From NCBI RefSeq assembly GCF_963921235.1, contig NC_086108.1, positions 108,688,001 through 108,752,000 on the forward strand: a stretch of 64,000 nucleotides of DNA. Direction: 5' to 3'. The translations under genes were made by a program, and so were the position numbers. The notes under the pieces are model-generated. The model saw only the letters and a list, made by a program, of their open reading frames with translations. It had not been told where the DNA came from and searched no databases. Numbering within the stretch: the stretch's first letter is position 1; the number at the start of each line of letters is the position of its first letter. Below, piece after piece: positions 49,992 to 63,046 of the stretch. Source of the stretch: Mobula hypostoma. Taxonomy: Eukaryota.

Positions 49992-50835
49992 ACCATAAGA
50001 CATAGGAGCAGAATTAGGCCATTCAGCCCATCGAGTCTGATCCACTATTCCAGCATGACTGATTTGCTATCTCTCTCAACTCCATTCTCCTGCCTTCTCC
50101 GCTTAACCTTTGGTACCCTTACTAATCAAGATCCTATCAACCTCCATGTTAAATATACCCAATTACTTGGCCTCCACAGTTGCCTGTGGCAATGAATTCC
50201 ACAGATAAAGAAATTCCTTCTCATTTCCGTTCTAAATCAACATCACTCCAGTTTGAGGCTGTGGTCTTAGACTCCCCACTATAGGAAACATCCTCTCTAC
50301 ATCCACTCTATTGAGGCCTTTCAACATTCGATAGATTTCAATGAGATCCGCCTTCATTCTTCTGAATTCTAGCGAGTACAGGCCCGGAGACATCAAACGC
50401 TGCTCATATGATAAGCTTTTCAAACCCAGAATAATTTTGAACCCTCTCCTATATCCTTTAAAAAGGTTTGTCTGAGCCAGGGCTTTTATCTTTGGAGAGA
50501 AGGAGGATGACAGGTGATTTGATAAAGATGTACAAGAAGTCCGAGTGAATAGCCAGAGAGTATTTCCCCAGGCAGAAATAACTAATACAAGCAGGGATAA
50601 TGTTAAGATGATTGGATAAAGATTTAGGGAGGTGCCAGAGGTAAGCCTTTAACATAGAGTGAGGTGAGTGCATGGAAGGTCCTGCCAGGGGTGATAGTAG
50701 AGGCAGAAACATTAGGGTCTTTTAAGAAACTCCTAGATAGGGACATGGATAACAGAAAAGTAGAGGGCTCTTTGGGAGAGAAAGGTTAGATGGATCTCAG
50801 AGTAGGTTAAAAGGCTGGCACAACATCGTGGCCTG
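49992..50835. mobile_element. CR1 3' fragments (minus 49992-50455; plus 50460-50835)
   Basis: ORF 50232-50423 (LYSLEFRRM); 3' UTR motifs. Confidence 0.8.
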
Positions 50836-50837
50836 AC

Positions 50838-51420
50838 TGATGCCTCTGTTGTTCAGGGTTGACCATGGATGTTGTGTCCTATCTGTCTGGATACGCAAAC
50901 CAAGGCAGTACAATATAGAGAGCAAGCTCCCTCTCTCTACACAGCTGATGAACCCAAAGGAGCGGCATAGACCAATACAGTTTGGTACCAACAGCGTTGC
51001 AGGCATTGTCAGTCAACATTGAACTCAGTGTAGGACTGCCTTAGTGACTCCAGCTCCAGATTTTTCCCTTGGGGTTTACTCCCGAAGCCTTCCCCATGAG
51101 TGGGTATAGATGAAAGGCACCAGAGGTTTGAAATCAGAGTTTTCCTTCTCCTAGATGAGCTGCCGACCCCCATCTGACAAGCCCCGTCTTCCAGAAGCGA
51201 CCAGTTTTAAGGCACCAGTAACCCACCTTTGCCCCATCTTCTGTCAGTAGAAACAGTTCTGCTGTATTTAGTAGCTAAGCCACATGTGAAGGCCAGGAGC
51301 TGGACTTGGTTATCAGAGTCTATTTGAGACACACGCCATCGGGAGCATTTAGTTGGTATGGGAGCTTATCCCCTTTGCCATCCCCCCCCCCACACCCTGG
51401 CTATAACAACCAAAAGGAAC
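50838..51420 (-). mobile_element. Non-coding retroposon with HDV-like head (copy 2)
   Basis: Colinear with 9262-9833; ribozyme-like region 51238-51382 with P3 GCC/GGC and L3 TTCACATGT. Confidence 0.8.
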
Positions 51421-51989
51421 CAACATCATAGACTAATCCTTGAATCCTTGATTGGTCAGGGCACGAAGGAGTATGGGGAGAAGGCATGAGAGTGGGACTG
51501 AGAGGGAAAATGGATTAGCCATGCTGAAATGGCAAAGCACACTTGATGGACCAATGGCCTAATTCTGCTCCTATATCTTATGGTCTTTTGGTTTTCTGCT
51601 CTTTTTTCATAAGATATACTCTCTAATCCAGACAGCATCCTGGAAAGTGAGTGGAAGGTTTCTGGAAGAGGGTGGTGGTGTTAGGAAACAGATAAATAAA
51701 GCAATATTTAAGATGAAATATATTTCAAAGTACATATATGTCACCACATACAATCCTGAGATTCATTTTCTTGTGGACATTCACAATAAATACAAAGAAA
51801 CACAACAGAATCAGTGAAAGACTGCAAACAAAAGTTCAATGGGACTAGGCAATTTAAATGGCTCAGCATGGACAAAGGGCCTGTTTCTATGCTGTACTTT
51901 TCTATGACTCTATGAGAACAAGACGGACAAAGAACCAACATACAAAATACAACTAACTGTGCAAAAACAAAAAGATAAAAAAAGAAAAG

Positions 51990-52560
51990 GCGTGAAAATT
52001 TGCAGATGCTGGAAATCTAGAGCGACACACACAAAATGCTGGAGGAACTCAGCAGGTCAGGCAGTAACTATGGGAATGGGTAAACAGCCGACGGTTTGGG
52101 CCGACACCCTTCTTCAGGATGGGAAAGGAAGGGAGAAGTTGTCTGAATAAAAAGGTGGGGGGGGGGGAGAGAGGGGAAAGAGGCTAGCTGAAAGGTGACA
52201 GATGCAGCCAGGTGGGAGGGAAAGGTCAAGGGCTGCAGAAGAAAGAATCTGACAGGAGAGAATAGTGGACTATAGGAGAAAGTGAACGAGGAGGGGACCT
52301 GGGAAAAAGGAATTGGCAGGTGAGAAGAAGTGAAAGGTCAGAGTGGGGAATAGAGGGGGGGTGATTTTGTTCCCTGGAAGGAGAAATTGATATTCATACC
52401 ATCAAGTTGGAGGGTACCCAGACGGACTATAAAGTGTTGCTCCTCAATCATCATCATGAGGATGGTATCATCTTGGCACAAGAGGAGGTCTTGAGTGGAC
52501 ACGTTGGAATGAGAATGGGAATGGGAATTAAAATGTTTTGCCACCGGGAAGTTCTGGGAT
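51990..52560 (-). mobile_element. Penelope 3' fragment
   Basis: FPVAKHFNSHSHSHS..EEQHFIVRLGTLQLDGMNINFS; decayed hammerhead near 52085-52120. Confidence 0.85.
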
Positions 52561-52999
52561 GGTATGGAGATGTTTGATGAACCAGGCCTCCATTTTACGA
52601 TGGCTCTCACCAAAAACAAAATAATAAATAAATTAGCAATGAAAATTGAGAACACAAGATGAAGAATCCTTGAAAATGAGCCCATAGGTTGTGGGAACAT
52701 TTCAGTGTTGAGGTGAGTGAAGCTATCCCCTCTGCTTCATCAACCTGATAGCTGAGGGGTAATAATTGTTCTTGAACCTGGTAGAGTGGATCCTGAGGCT
52801 CCTGCACCTACTTCCTGATGGCAGTGGCAAGAAGAGAGCTTCCCTTTTCTAGCATTCTATGACTCCATAAATATTATGTGTGCTTGCCAATTTTTTTTAG
52901 CACAATAGCAAACCCTTCCAGCCCAATGTGACACCCAATTACACCCATGTGACCAATTAACCTACAAACAGGTACAATTAGAGGACATTTTCCTACAAA

Positions 53000-53605
53000 T
53001 CACAGAATCAGAGATAAGTTCAGCAAAGAACCTGGCCCTTCAGCCCTTCTAGTTCATTCCAAAACTATGTAATCTGCCTGCTCCCATCAACCTGCACCGG
53101 GACCATAGCCCTCCACACCCCTACAATCCACGTACCTATCCAAACTTCTCTTAAATATTGAAATCAAGCTCACATGTACCACTCGTTCCATACTCTCACA
53201 GCCCCCTGAGTGAAAAAGCTCCCCTTATGTTTTCCTTAAAGTTTTCACCTTTTCAGATTTTCACCATTAATGCTGTAGTCCCACCTAACCTTAGTGGAAA
53301 AAGCCTGCTTGCATTTACCCTATCTATATCCCTCATAATTTTGTATGCCTCTATTAAATCTCCTCTTAGTTTTCTATGTCCCAAGAAATAAAGTCCTAAT
53401 CTATTCAATCTTTCCCTATAACTCAGGTCCTCCAGTCCCAGCAACATCCTTGTAAACTTTCTCTGTACTCTTTCAACCTTATTTACAACTTTCTTGTAGG
53501 TAGGTGACCAAAACTGCACACAGTACTCCAAATTAGGCCTCACTAAAGTTTTATACAACTTCAACATAACATCCCATCTCTTGGATTTATGAAGGCCAAT
53601 GTGCC
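53000..53605 (-). mobile_element. CR1 3' fragment
   Basis: ORF 53253-53567 [22 protein letters not shown]. Confidence 0.88.
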
Positions 53606-53709
53606 AACCAGTCTTTCTTTGTGAATGGCACCGGAAGGGGACATGTGGCAGGTATCATTGAGCATGTGAATGTTACCGTAAATGAAAAGTAATTAATCAA
53701 CTGCAGATA

Positions 53710-54364
53710 CTGGAAACTAGAGATGGTGATTGTCTTTAGGAAGACTAAATCTGCATTGTTCCCTGTTGCTTTTGATGGTGAAGACGTGGATATTGTGAGG
53801 ACCTACAAGCATCTGGGGGTGTACCTGGATGCCAGACTTGAGTGGAGTACCAACACAGAGGCTGTGTACAAGAAGTGTTAGTGTTGCCCTTATTTTTTTT
53901 ATGTGATTGTGTACTGGGGCAATGGCATTAATGCGGGTGATGCCAACGGGCTTAATAAACTGGTTAGAAAGGCTGGCTCTGTTATAGGAGTCAAACTGGA
54001 CACACTGGAGACTGTAGTAGAAGAAAGGGCCCCACAGAAAATCCTGGCAGTTCTCGATAATGTTTTTCAACCTCTGCATGCCACCTTGGCTGAACAGAGG
54101 AACACTGTTAGTAATAGACGAAGACAACTGCGCTGCTGCGAAGAGCGTTATATGAGATCATGCTTGCTCTCAGCCATTAGGCTCTATAATGAGTCAAACT
54201 ATAGCCAGGGAAGTGATGACCCCCACCTCCTGTCTGAGGTATCTTATTTTTTATATTCTTTCTTACTTCTCATCTAATATTTGTATATCTGTGCACTTTT
54301 AATGCTGTTGTGACACTGTAATTTCCTTTGGGATCCAAAAAGTATCTATCTATCTATCTATCTA
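53710..54364 (+). mobile_element. Rex1/Babar LINE 3' fragment (second subfamily), internally deleted
   Basis: LNKLVRKAGSVIG..LDNVFQPLH..SAIRLYN; upstream TYKHLGVYLD; (TATC)n tail at 54343-54364. Confidence 0.8.
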
Positions 54365-54371
54365 AAATATA

Positions 54372-54940
54372 ACCACACACAAAATGCTGGAGGAACTCAG
54401 CATGTCAAGCAGCATCTATGGATGGGAATAAACAGTTGACTTTTTGGGCTGAGACCCTTCATCAGGACTGGAAGGAAGGGGGGAAGATGCCAGAATAACA
54501 AGGTGGGAATTGAGGGGAAGGAGGAAAACCTAGGAGGTGACAGGTGGCGGTGTGGAACCAAGTAGCAGGGAGGGTAGAGGTGGACGAGGTAAAGGGCTCG
54601 AGAAGAAAGAATCTGATAGATGAGGAGAGTTGATGATGGGAGAAAGGGAAGGAGGAGGGGCACTGGGGAAGGTGATAGGCTGCAAGAAGATAAGTTATTA
54701 GGCCTGAGTGGGGAATTGAAGAAGAGAGAAAGGAGCAGGAAAAAGATTTAACAGGAGGAGAAGTCCATGTTCATACCATCAGATTGGAGGCTACCTGGAC
54801 AGAATATCGGTTGTTGCTCCTCCACCCTGAGAGTGGCCTCATCATGGCAGAAGGGAAGGCCATGGACTGACATGTCAGAATGGGAATGGGCATAGGAATT
54901 AAAGTGGTTGCCCTCTGGGAAATTGTGCTTTTTACAGATG
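54372..54940 (-). mobile_element. Penelope 3' fragment
   Basis: Same layout as 51990-52560; hammerhead remnant CTGATGA at 54458-54464(-). Confidence 0.85.
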
Positions 54941-55142
54941 CTCGACTAAAATAAAGTTCTAGGAATGTGGGAGAAAGCTAGACCACCTAGAGGAAACCCA
55001 TGCAGTCACAGAGAGAGGGTACAAACTCCTTACAGACAGCAGAGGAATTGAGCTTGGGTTGTTGGCACCGTAACAGTGTTACACTAACCACTACAATGCC
55101 TGCTGCCCAAAATTTTAAAGACGAACTTTATTTATCACATGT

Positions 55143-55643
55143 ATCTAATCAGCCAATCATGTGGTAGCAATTCAATGCATAAAAGCATGCAGACATGGTC
55201 AAGAGGCTCAGTTGTTGTTCAGACCGAAAATCAGAATGGGGAAGAAATAAGATCCAAGTTACTCTGACCGTGTTGGTGCCAGATCAGGTTGTTTGAGTAT
55301 CTCAGAAACTGCTGATTCTCCTGGGATTTTCATGCACAACAGCCTCTGGAGTTTACAGAGAATGGTGTGAAAAACAAAAAAAAATCTGGTGAATGACTGT
55401 TCTGTGCACCTTGTTAATAAGAGAGGTCAGAGGAGAATGGCCAGACTGGTTCAAGCTGACAGGAAGGTGACAATAACTCAAATAACCACGTGTTACAGCA
55501 GTGGTGTGCGGAACAGCATCTCTGAACACACATGTCAAACCTTGAAGTGGATGGGCTACAGCAGCAGAAGACCATGAACACATACTCAGTCGCTGCTTTA
55601 TTAGGAACAGGAGGTAACCAGTAAAGTTGCCGCTGAATGTGTA
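55143..55643 (+). mobile_element. Tc1-like non-autonomous DNA transposon
   Basis: Transposase N-terminal remnants (MGKK, LSISETAD, RGQRRMARLVQADRKVTITQITT..TLKWMGYSSRRP); terminal inverted-repeat pair 55579-55643 ending in TA. Confidence 0.8.
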
Positions 55644-55714
55644 CTATCATCTCTTGCCCCAGTCCTCCCCAGTTTTCCCAGGCTTATTCTAATTTATTTT
55701 TAATTTTTTTTTAG

Positions 55715-55995
55715 TGATACAACATGGAGTAAAGCCTTCTGGTTCTTTGAACCACACCACCAGAGCAACCCCCAATAAGCCTGATTAATCAAGGGACAAT
55801 TTACAATGACCAGTTAACCTACCTGGTACGTCTTTGGACTGGGGGAGGAAACCGGAACACCCGGAGGAAATCCATGCATTCGAAAGGGATAACGTACAGA
55901 GACTCCTTACAGAACAACACCAGAATCGAACTCTGAACTCCAAAGCACCCCGGGATGTAACGGCCGTGTGCTAACTGCTAAGCTGCCGTGACACT
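55715..55995 (-). mobile_element. V-SINE (HE1-like)
   Basis: GGAGGAAACCGGAACACCCGGAGGAAA reverse V-domain. Confidence 0.8.
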
Positions 55996-56544
55996 TACAG
56001 CTCCAGCCCTCGGTCAAAGCAAGTGAAGACTCACTGAATTCGAAAATAGTTAAGCCTCTGGCAGCCAGGGGCAGCTTAACCCAGGCCAGCCTACCCAACA
56101 GCAGAGTGAATGTGTGAAATGATTGCAGTTGACATACAGCTGTATTCTGTCATTGACAATACTTGATTCCAAAGTTAATTTGATTTTCGTCTCTTTTTTT
56201 TCCTGCCACCGAGATGCAGTATCCCCACATGCTCTCTGTTCATATTCAGTTATCCCTGCTATCCATCAGACTGTTAAGAAATCTATGCTAAGGGAAGGGT
56301 CATTCATTTTCCTAACAGTTGTGTGTGCTACAGAGCTGTCTGCGCCTGACTACACCATGAGAAATGAGGAATTTTTAGGCATGGAATTAGAGACAGTTTC
56401 CAGGAAATTAGACTTGCAAGTATCGCATCACCCCAGTCAAAGACATTTTGGATTTTCAGCATCTTTTTAAAAGAAAGAGGAGGGGACAGTTTAGCATCTG
56501 TTGGAAGTTAATTAGAACAGATCTTGTTTACAACATCTCCTCTT

Positions 56545-57110
56545 CCCAATGACCCTACTTCTACTTCCAATTCCCATTCCAACATGTCAGTCCATAACCT
56601 CATCTGCCACAGTGAGGTCACTCTCAGCTTGGTGGAGCAACATCTCATACTGGGTAGATTCCAACCTGACGGTATTAACACTGATTTCTCTGCCTGCTGG
56701 TGATTTCTACCCCCTCCATGTTCTCTATTTTTCTGTTCCCCATTCTGGCTCTCCTCACACCTTTTCTCCACACCTGTCCATCACCATCCTTCCATGTCCA
56801 ATGTCCTCTCCTATCAGATTCCCCCTTCTTCAGCCCTTTATCAATTCTACCTATCACTTCCCAGCTTCTTGCTTTATCCACCCACCACTTTACCCCTCAC
56901 CTGGTCTCACCTATCACATGCCAGCTTGTACTCCTTCCCCTCTCCCCAACTTAGTCTGTCTTCTTCCTCCTTCCCAGTCCTGATTAAGGGTCTCGGCCTG
57001 AAACGTCGACTAGTTACTCTTTTCCACAAATACTGGCTAGCCTCCTGAGTTCCTCTAGCACTTTCTGTGTGTTGCTTGGATTTCCAGCATCTGTAGATTT
57101 TTTTGTCTTC
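56545..57110 (+). mobile_element. Penelope 3' fragment
   Basis: CCCATTCCAACATGTC..GGAGCAACATCTCATA; hammerhead-like 56975-57011 with the core mutated to CTGATTA. Confidence 0.85.
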
Positions 57111-57461
57111 GGAAAATAAAACCTAATTTCCAACTGACACTTTGTGGTTAGTGAAACCAATTATTGGGATTGGGACATTGTTTGTCCAATTGAAACTACA
57201 CAGGGGAAGACAACAGGTGAACATTCATCAGTGATCCTGATGATAAAGGGTCTCACTCCCTTTATTCCTCTCCATAGATGCTGCCTGACCTGCTGAGTTC
57301 TTCCAGCATTTTGTGTGTGTTGCTCTGGATTTCCAGCATCTGCAAAATCTTGTGTGTAATATATTAACGTTCCAGCTCTTAGTGCAGTATTAAAGGTGTG
57401 TTCCCGCCACTTAATGCACAGTTCAGGACAGATCTCTTTTGTCACATAGTTATATATTCAT

Positions 57462-57764
57462 TGGCGCATGGCTGAGTGGTTAAGGCGTTCGTCTAGTGAT
57501 TTGAAGGTCACTAGTTCGAGCCTTGGCTGAGGCAGTGTGTGTGTCCTTGAGCAAGGCACCTAATCACACATTGCTCTGTGATGACACTGGTGCCAAGCTG
57601 TATGGATCCTAATGCCCTTCCCTTGGACAACATCGGTAGCATGGAGAGGGGAGACTTGCAGCATGGGCAACTGGTGGTCTTCCATACAACCTTGCCCAGG
57701 CCTGCACCCTGGAAACTACCCAAGGCGCAAATCCATGGTCTCATCAGACTAACGGATGCCTATA
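57462..57764 (+). mobile_element. tRNA-derived CORE-like SINE (copy 3)
   Basis: A/B boxes, CORE-like block; TSD ATATATTCAT at 57452-57461 and 57765-57774. Confidence 0.88.
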
Positions 57765-59626
57765 ATATATTCATGGAGTCATTCTTCAACACATTAACAA
57801 AATAGATACGTTTTGGGTATTTGGTTTTTGGAACAGTCAACAGTATTGAATATTCAAATGTGTTCTGCCAGTTGGGATGTGTTAACATTGTAAAGATACA
57901 ATTCTGTTAACTTACCTGACAGTATTCAAAATGTTAAAGTGGGTGATTATAGCAATTGAAGCTGTAGCTAATTGTTTATTGTTATCTTTGTGTTGAAGAC
58001 GTATAAAACACCATGTCAGTTGATTGGGATTCCTTTGGAATCTCCTGGTCTCTCTGTTTCCTGGAAAGATTCAGAGAGCACTACAAGCACACCTTTGGCC
58101 CATCCAGTCGCAGCCAACTGTTATTCTGCTCAGTCCTATTGACCTGCATTGGAACCATATCCCTCCACAACCCCCCCAACCACAGACTTTTCCCAAACTC
58201 CCTTAGGTGTTGAAGTGGATCCCACATCTACCACTTCTGCTAACAGCTCGTTCCACACTCTCATCACCTTCTGAGTGAAAGGTTTCCTCTCATGTTTAAA
58301 CATTTCACCTTCATCCTGCCAATGAAATGTTGTGCCTTTTTTGTATTTGTATCAATTTGCAAATTTGATTCCCAACATCATCATGAATGCAATAAAAATT
58401 AAAAGTACTGCGATTAATCACAGTAATTTTTATAAGCACATGGATAGGAAATGTTTGAGGATGGGATCAAATGCAGGCAAAAGAGTTTGACTTGGTGGGC
58501 ACAATGGTTGGCATGAATACGATGGCCTGAAGGGCCTGTTTCTGTGCGTATGACTATCTCACTCTTTTTTCTTCCATGATGGCATTTAGTGAACTGATTA
58601 TTTTTTAATGAGAATGCAGTAGAGATTTGGTTATCACTATTAATCTATTGATTATTAACATTATTTAACCACAAACAAGTGAGATTCATACATTGAGACT
58701 AATGTGGAAGGTGAGCACTGACTGACTGCCTTTTGATCGCTCTGCTACCGGAAAGAGGAGAGCCTACCACTGTGCCCAGAGAACGTTACTCAGGTTTTCT
58801 GTGTTTTGGATATGGACTTGGACTATAGACTTTTTTTTTAGTTCTGTCTTATAGTTTTTATATTCTGTGTTTGTCTCCCGATCTTTCTCATTTATTTTGT
58901 GTGGAGAGGTGGGATTTGGAGGCTGATGATCGTGTTGCCTTTCTTTTCTTTCTTGGTTTCATGGGTACCCAGAGAAGAAGAATTTCAGAGTTGTATTCTT
59001 TGATAATAAGTGAACCTTTGAAACTTTGAAACAACATATGATTGTATGTTCATTCCATGGATTCTCTACACTAGTCTCCGCTGATTGGCAACCTTAGATT
59101 TTTTTATTTTAAGGAACAACCCCAGAATATTTGAAAAGTTTCCAAATTCTAACCCAGGGTGCTCAGCTGCCCAAGGAAGGAATGTGCTTGTGATTAATCA
59201 GCTTTTGATGGTTCAGAGTCACAATAGCAATGCATAAACCTGCAGTGTCATCATTTGGCCAAAGGAGACTAAAATTTAGACAAGATTCCAACAATTATTG
59301 CTGTTTAATGACCTGTCTCGAACTCGACAGCACCCATGAATATCATACAGCATGAAATAAAGGACAGAAATTAGTTTTAGATATGTTGACAACTTGTAAT
59401 AGTCTCCTTTTGTTTAATTTCCTTCCTTTTTTCCCTCTTTTGCTGTTCTCTGCTGATGTCATATCCACTGAAGTACATTTTGATGTCTTAATACCCTTTC
59501 TCCTTCTAAGTCAAACTCAAATGGATTTTAGAAACATAGAAACTTGGAACATGGAACAGGGAGCAGTCCAGCACAGGAACAGGCCCTTTGCTCCACAATG
59601 TTGTGCCAATCCAGTTAAATTATTAA

Positions 59627-60417
59627 CACTGGATAACAACATTGTTCAAAAGTGTTTCTTCTTCAGATCTGCTTATTTTTGTTTATGATAGACCCCTTGA
59701 AATTGTGCTCAAATATAATTTCAGACTACTTGTATCACGTCGGAATTTGGAGAAACAAGTAACTTTTATTGAATATAATGTGTTTAATTGCATAATGGTA
59801 CTGATGCCTTGCAATAGTTTAACTAAGCTGAGAATGTTTTGTTGATGACTCTCATTTGTACTCAGTGTCTGAGGCTTCTCGCTTAAGTCAGCCAGCACTG
59901 ATGGATTCCAGTGCTCTGATACCATTCCTCCATGACTGCGACGTCCCGGTGAAACCTTTCACTATCCCCATCACTGACAGCACCAAGATTTGCAGGGAAG
60001 AAGTCTAAATAGGAATGCAGAAGATGAATCTTTAGTGACATGATGCACTGCATGGTTTTGTATGCTTGAAACATATTGCCAACCAGCTGCACGTAGTTTG
60101 GTGCTCTGTAATTTCCAAGAAAAATTTTCAACAATGTCCTTGAGTACCTTCAATGTGATTTTCTGCCGTCCCACTTGAAGTTCTTCAAATTACCTGTCAT
60201 TGATGACCTGTTTGATTTGTGGGCCAACAAAACTGCCTTCCTTAATCTTGGCATCAGTTATTCTGACTTGAATTATGAATTGAAATAACAATTGAAGGTG
60301 ATTTCAAAACAATGGTGCATGATAGGGAAATTTTATGGTGATTTTTATGACCAGCAGACCAAAATCCACAAGATATACACAAAAGTATTCTGGAAGCAAA
60401 ATCTTTGTTGTCCGGTG
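59627..60417 (-). mobile_element. Chapaev3-like (CMC) DNA transposon, internally deleted
   Basis: TIRs CACTGGATAACAA / TTGTTGTCCGGTG; flanks TAA/CAA; transposase remnant DAKIKEGSFVGPQIK..ENF/LGNY..MSLKIHLLHSYLDFFPANLGAVSD..ERFH at about 59880-60260. The family name is from recall. Confidence 0.75.
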
Positions 60418-60426
60418 CAATCAAGT

Positions 60427-60722
60427 GGGTGCCTCGGTGGTGTAGCAATGAGTGCAGTTACAGCTTGGGATGTTGGAGTTCGGTGTTCATTTCCAGCGCT
60501 ACCTATATGGAGTTATAGGCACTATGTTCACCCCGTGACCATGTGCATTTTCTCCGGGTGCTCCGGTTTCCTCGCAAAATCCAAAGACGGACCGGTTAGT
60601 AGGTTAATTGGTCATTCTAAATTGTCCGGTGGTTAGGGTAGGATTAAATCGGTGGGTTGCTGGGTAGCACGGCTCATTGAGTGGAAAGGCCTGTTCCACA
60701 TTCTATCTTTAAATAAATAAAA
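60427..60722 (+). mobile_element. V-SINE (HE1-like), full length
   Basis: TTCTCCGGGTGCTCCGGTTTCCTC V-domain; (AATA)n tail. Confidence 0.85.
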
Positions 60723-60858
60723 TACAATATATAAATAAGTGATGGAGCAAAACGAATCCATTCTGCCATATTTCCTCTAAGGTTACTTTACAGGTAGGGC
60801 AGACCAATCATTGCTCTGAGCAGGAAGGGTTTACACGGCCTAAAAACTGTGCTGCACT

Positions 60859-61240
60859 TTACTGCCATCTTAAAGCCAGTCACTTTGGACAGATGGGTCT
60901 CACCAGCCGTGGTTGGCAGCTCTTCCAGAAGAAGGAAAACTCTGATCTTGAACTCCTGTTGCTTTGTGGATATACCCACTCATGGGGAAGGCTTCGGGAG
61001 TAAACCCCAAGGGAAAAATCCAGAGCTCGGGTCCCTCAGGCAGTCCTATATAGAGTTCAACACTGACTGGCAGCTCCTACGACACTGCTGGTGCCAAACT
61101 GTATCGGTCTCTGTCATTCCTCTGGATTTGTGAGGTGCGTGGAGAAGGGAGCCTTCTGCATGGACAACAGCTTGCTCTCGTATCATCTGTGTATCTACAC
61201 AGCTAGGACACGACATCCATGGTCACCCCTGAACAATGGA
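60859..61240 (+). mobile_element. Non-coding retroposon (copy 3, divergent or truncated head)
   Basis: Reverse-complement similarity to about 9270-9660. Confidence 0.75.
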
Positions 61241-61844
61241 AGTCTCATCATGTGATTATATAATCGTCGCTTAAATAAGAATGATGTATCAGCTTCCACC
61301 ACCACCCGGGGCAGCACATTCCATCCACTTACCACTCTCTGTGTAAGCATAGACACATTGCAATGCCGAACACGACAGCACATGATATTGCGCTCGCCGT
61401 TTAACCTATTCCAAGACCAAACAAACCCTTCCCTCCTACATAGCCCTGCATTTTCTCCCATTATTCCCAACCTCAGTTCTTCTGGAACCGGTCAGCTCTA
61501 TCACATCATCTTTCCAGTGGTGCTGCTTCATTCTCAGACTCTTAATGCTACCTCTGTTGATTAAAGTTCAAAATAAATTTATTATCAAAGTACGTATACA
61601 GAATGTCACCGTATGCCAGCCTGAGATGCATTTTCTTGCAGGCATTCAGAGTAAATGAATGATGGTGTATTATTCTGATATTATCACTTACATTCGTTTC
61701 TTATGATCATGGTCTTTCCATGAGAATGACTGATCTTTAAAAAATTTCTAAAGAATTGGTTTGCCATTGCCTTCTTCCGGGCAAAATAGGTGATCCCAGC
61801 CATTATCAATACTCTTCAGAGATTCAGAGATTTTTCTTTGCCAG

Positions 61845-63046
61845 AAAAGCGGTATTTCCCAGTGGCCACCCATTCCAATTCTACTTCCTATTCCCATTCT
61901 GATATGTTAATCCATGACTCCTCTACAGTCGTGATGAGACCACACTCAGGTTGGAAGAACAACACCTTATATTCCAGCAACACACACAAAATGCTGGTGA
62001 ACGCAGCAGGCCAGGCAGCATCTCTAAGAAGAGGTACAGTCGATGTTTCGGGCCGAGACCCTTCGTCAGGACTAACTGAAAGAAGAGCTAGTAAGACATT
62101 TGAAAGTGGGAGGGGGAGGGTGAGATCGAAATGGTAGGAGAAGACAGGAGGGGGAGGGATGGAGCTAAGAGCTGGAAAGTTGATTGGCCTAGGGAGAAAT
62201 AAAGGGAGAGGGGAGCCCAGAGGATGGGCAAGGAGTTATAGTGAGAGGGACAGAGGGAGAAAAAAAGAGAGAACAAATAAATAAATAAGGGATGGGGTAC
62301 GAAGGGGACGTAGGGCATTAATGGAAGTTAGAGAAGTCAATGTTCATGCCATCAGGTTGGAGGCTACCCAGACGGAATATAAGGTGTTGTTCCTCCACCC
62401 TGAGTGTGGCTTCATCTTGACAGTAGAGGAGGCCGTGGATAGACATTTCAGAATGGTAATGGGACGTGGAATTAAAATGTGTGGCCACTGGGAGATCCTG
62501 CTTTCTCTGGCGGACAGAGCGTAGATGTTCAGCAAAGCGGTCTCCCAGTCTGCGTCGGGTCTTGCCAATATATAGAAGGCTGCATTGGGAGCACCGGACG
62601 GAACCTTATATTCCACCTGGTTAGCCTCCAACCTGATGGCGTGAACATCGATTTTCCAAACTTCTGGTAATGCCCCCCCCTTCACTCTTCCCCATCCCCT
62701 TTTCCCTCTCTCATTCTACCTCCTTGCCCGCCCATCGCCTCCGTCTGGCACTCCTCCCTGCTTTTCTTTCTTCATTGGCCTTCTGTCCTCTTCTGTCAGA
62801 CTCCCCCTTCACCAACCCTGTATCTCCTTCTCCGTTCAACTTCCCAGCTCTTTACTTCATCCTCCCTCTTGAGGTTTCACCTTTCAGCTTGTGTTTCTCT
62901 CTCTCCTCCTCCTCCACATTTCAAATCTACTCCTCAGCTTTTTTTTCTCCAGTCCTGCCCGACTTTCAGCCCGAAACCTCGACTGTACTTTTTTTTCCAC
63001 AGATGCTGCCTGGCCTGCTGAGTTCCTCCAGCATTTTGTGTGTGTG
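61845..63046 (+). mobile_element. Penelope 3' fragment split by a second Penelope
   Basis: 61845-61976 joins 62616-63046; TSD ACCTTATATTCCA at 61964-61976 and 62603-62615. Confidence 0.85.
61977..62602 (-). mobile_element. Nested Penelope fragment with hammerhead motif (62038-62073)
   Basis: Minus-strand AGTC-CTGACGA-A-GGGT(CTCG)GCCC-GAAAC-ATC-GACT; GIY-YIG-region remnant. Confidence 0.85.

Noticed and set aside
59883..60134. Host protein-coding exon
   Set aside because: It lies between TIRs and carries a stop and frameshifts, so it is a transposase relic.
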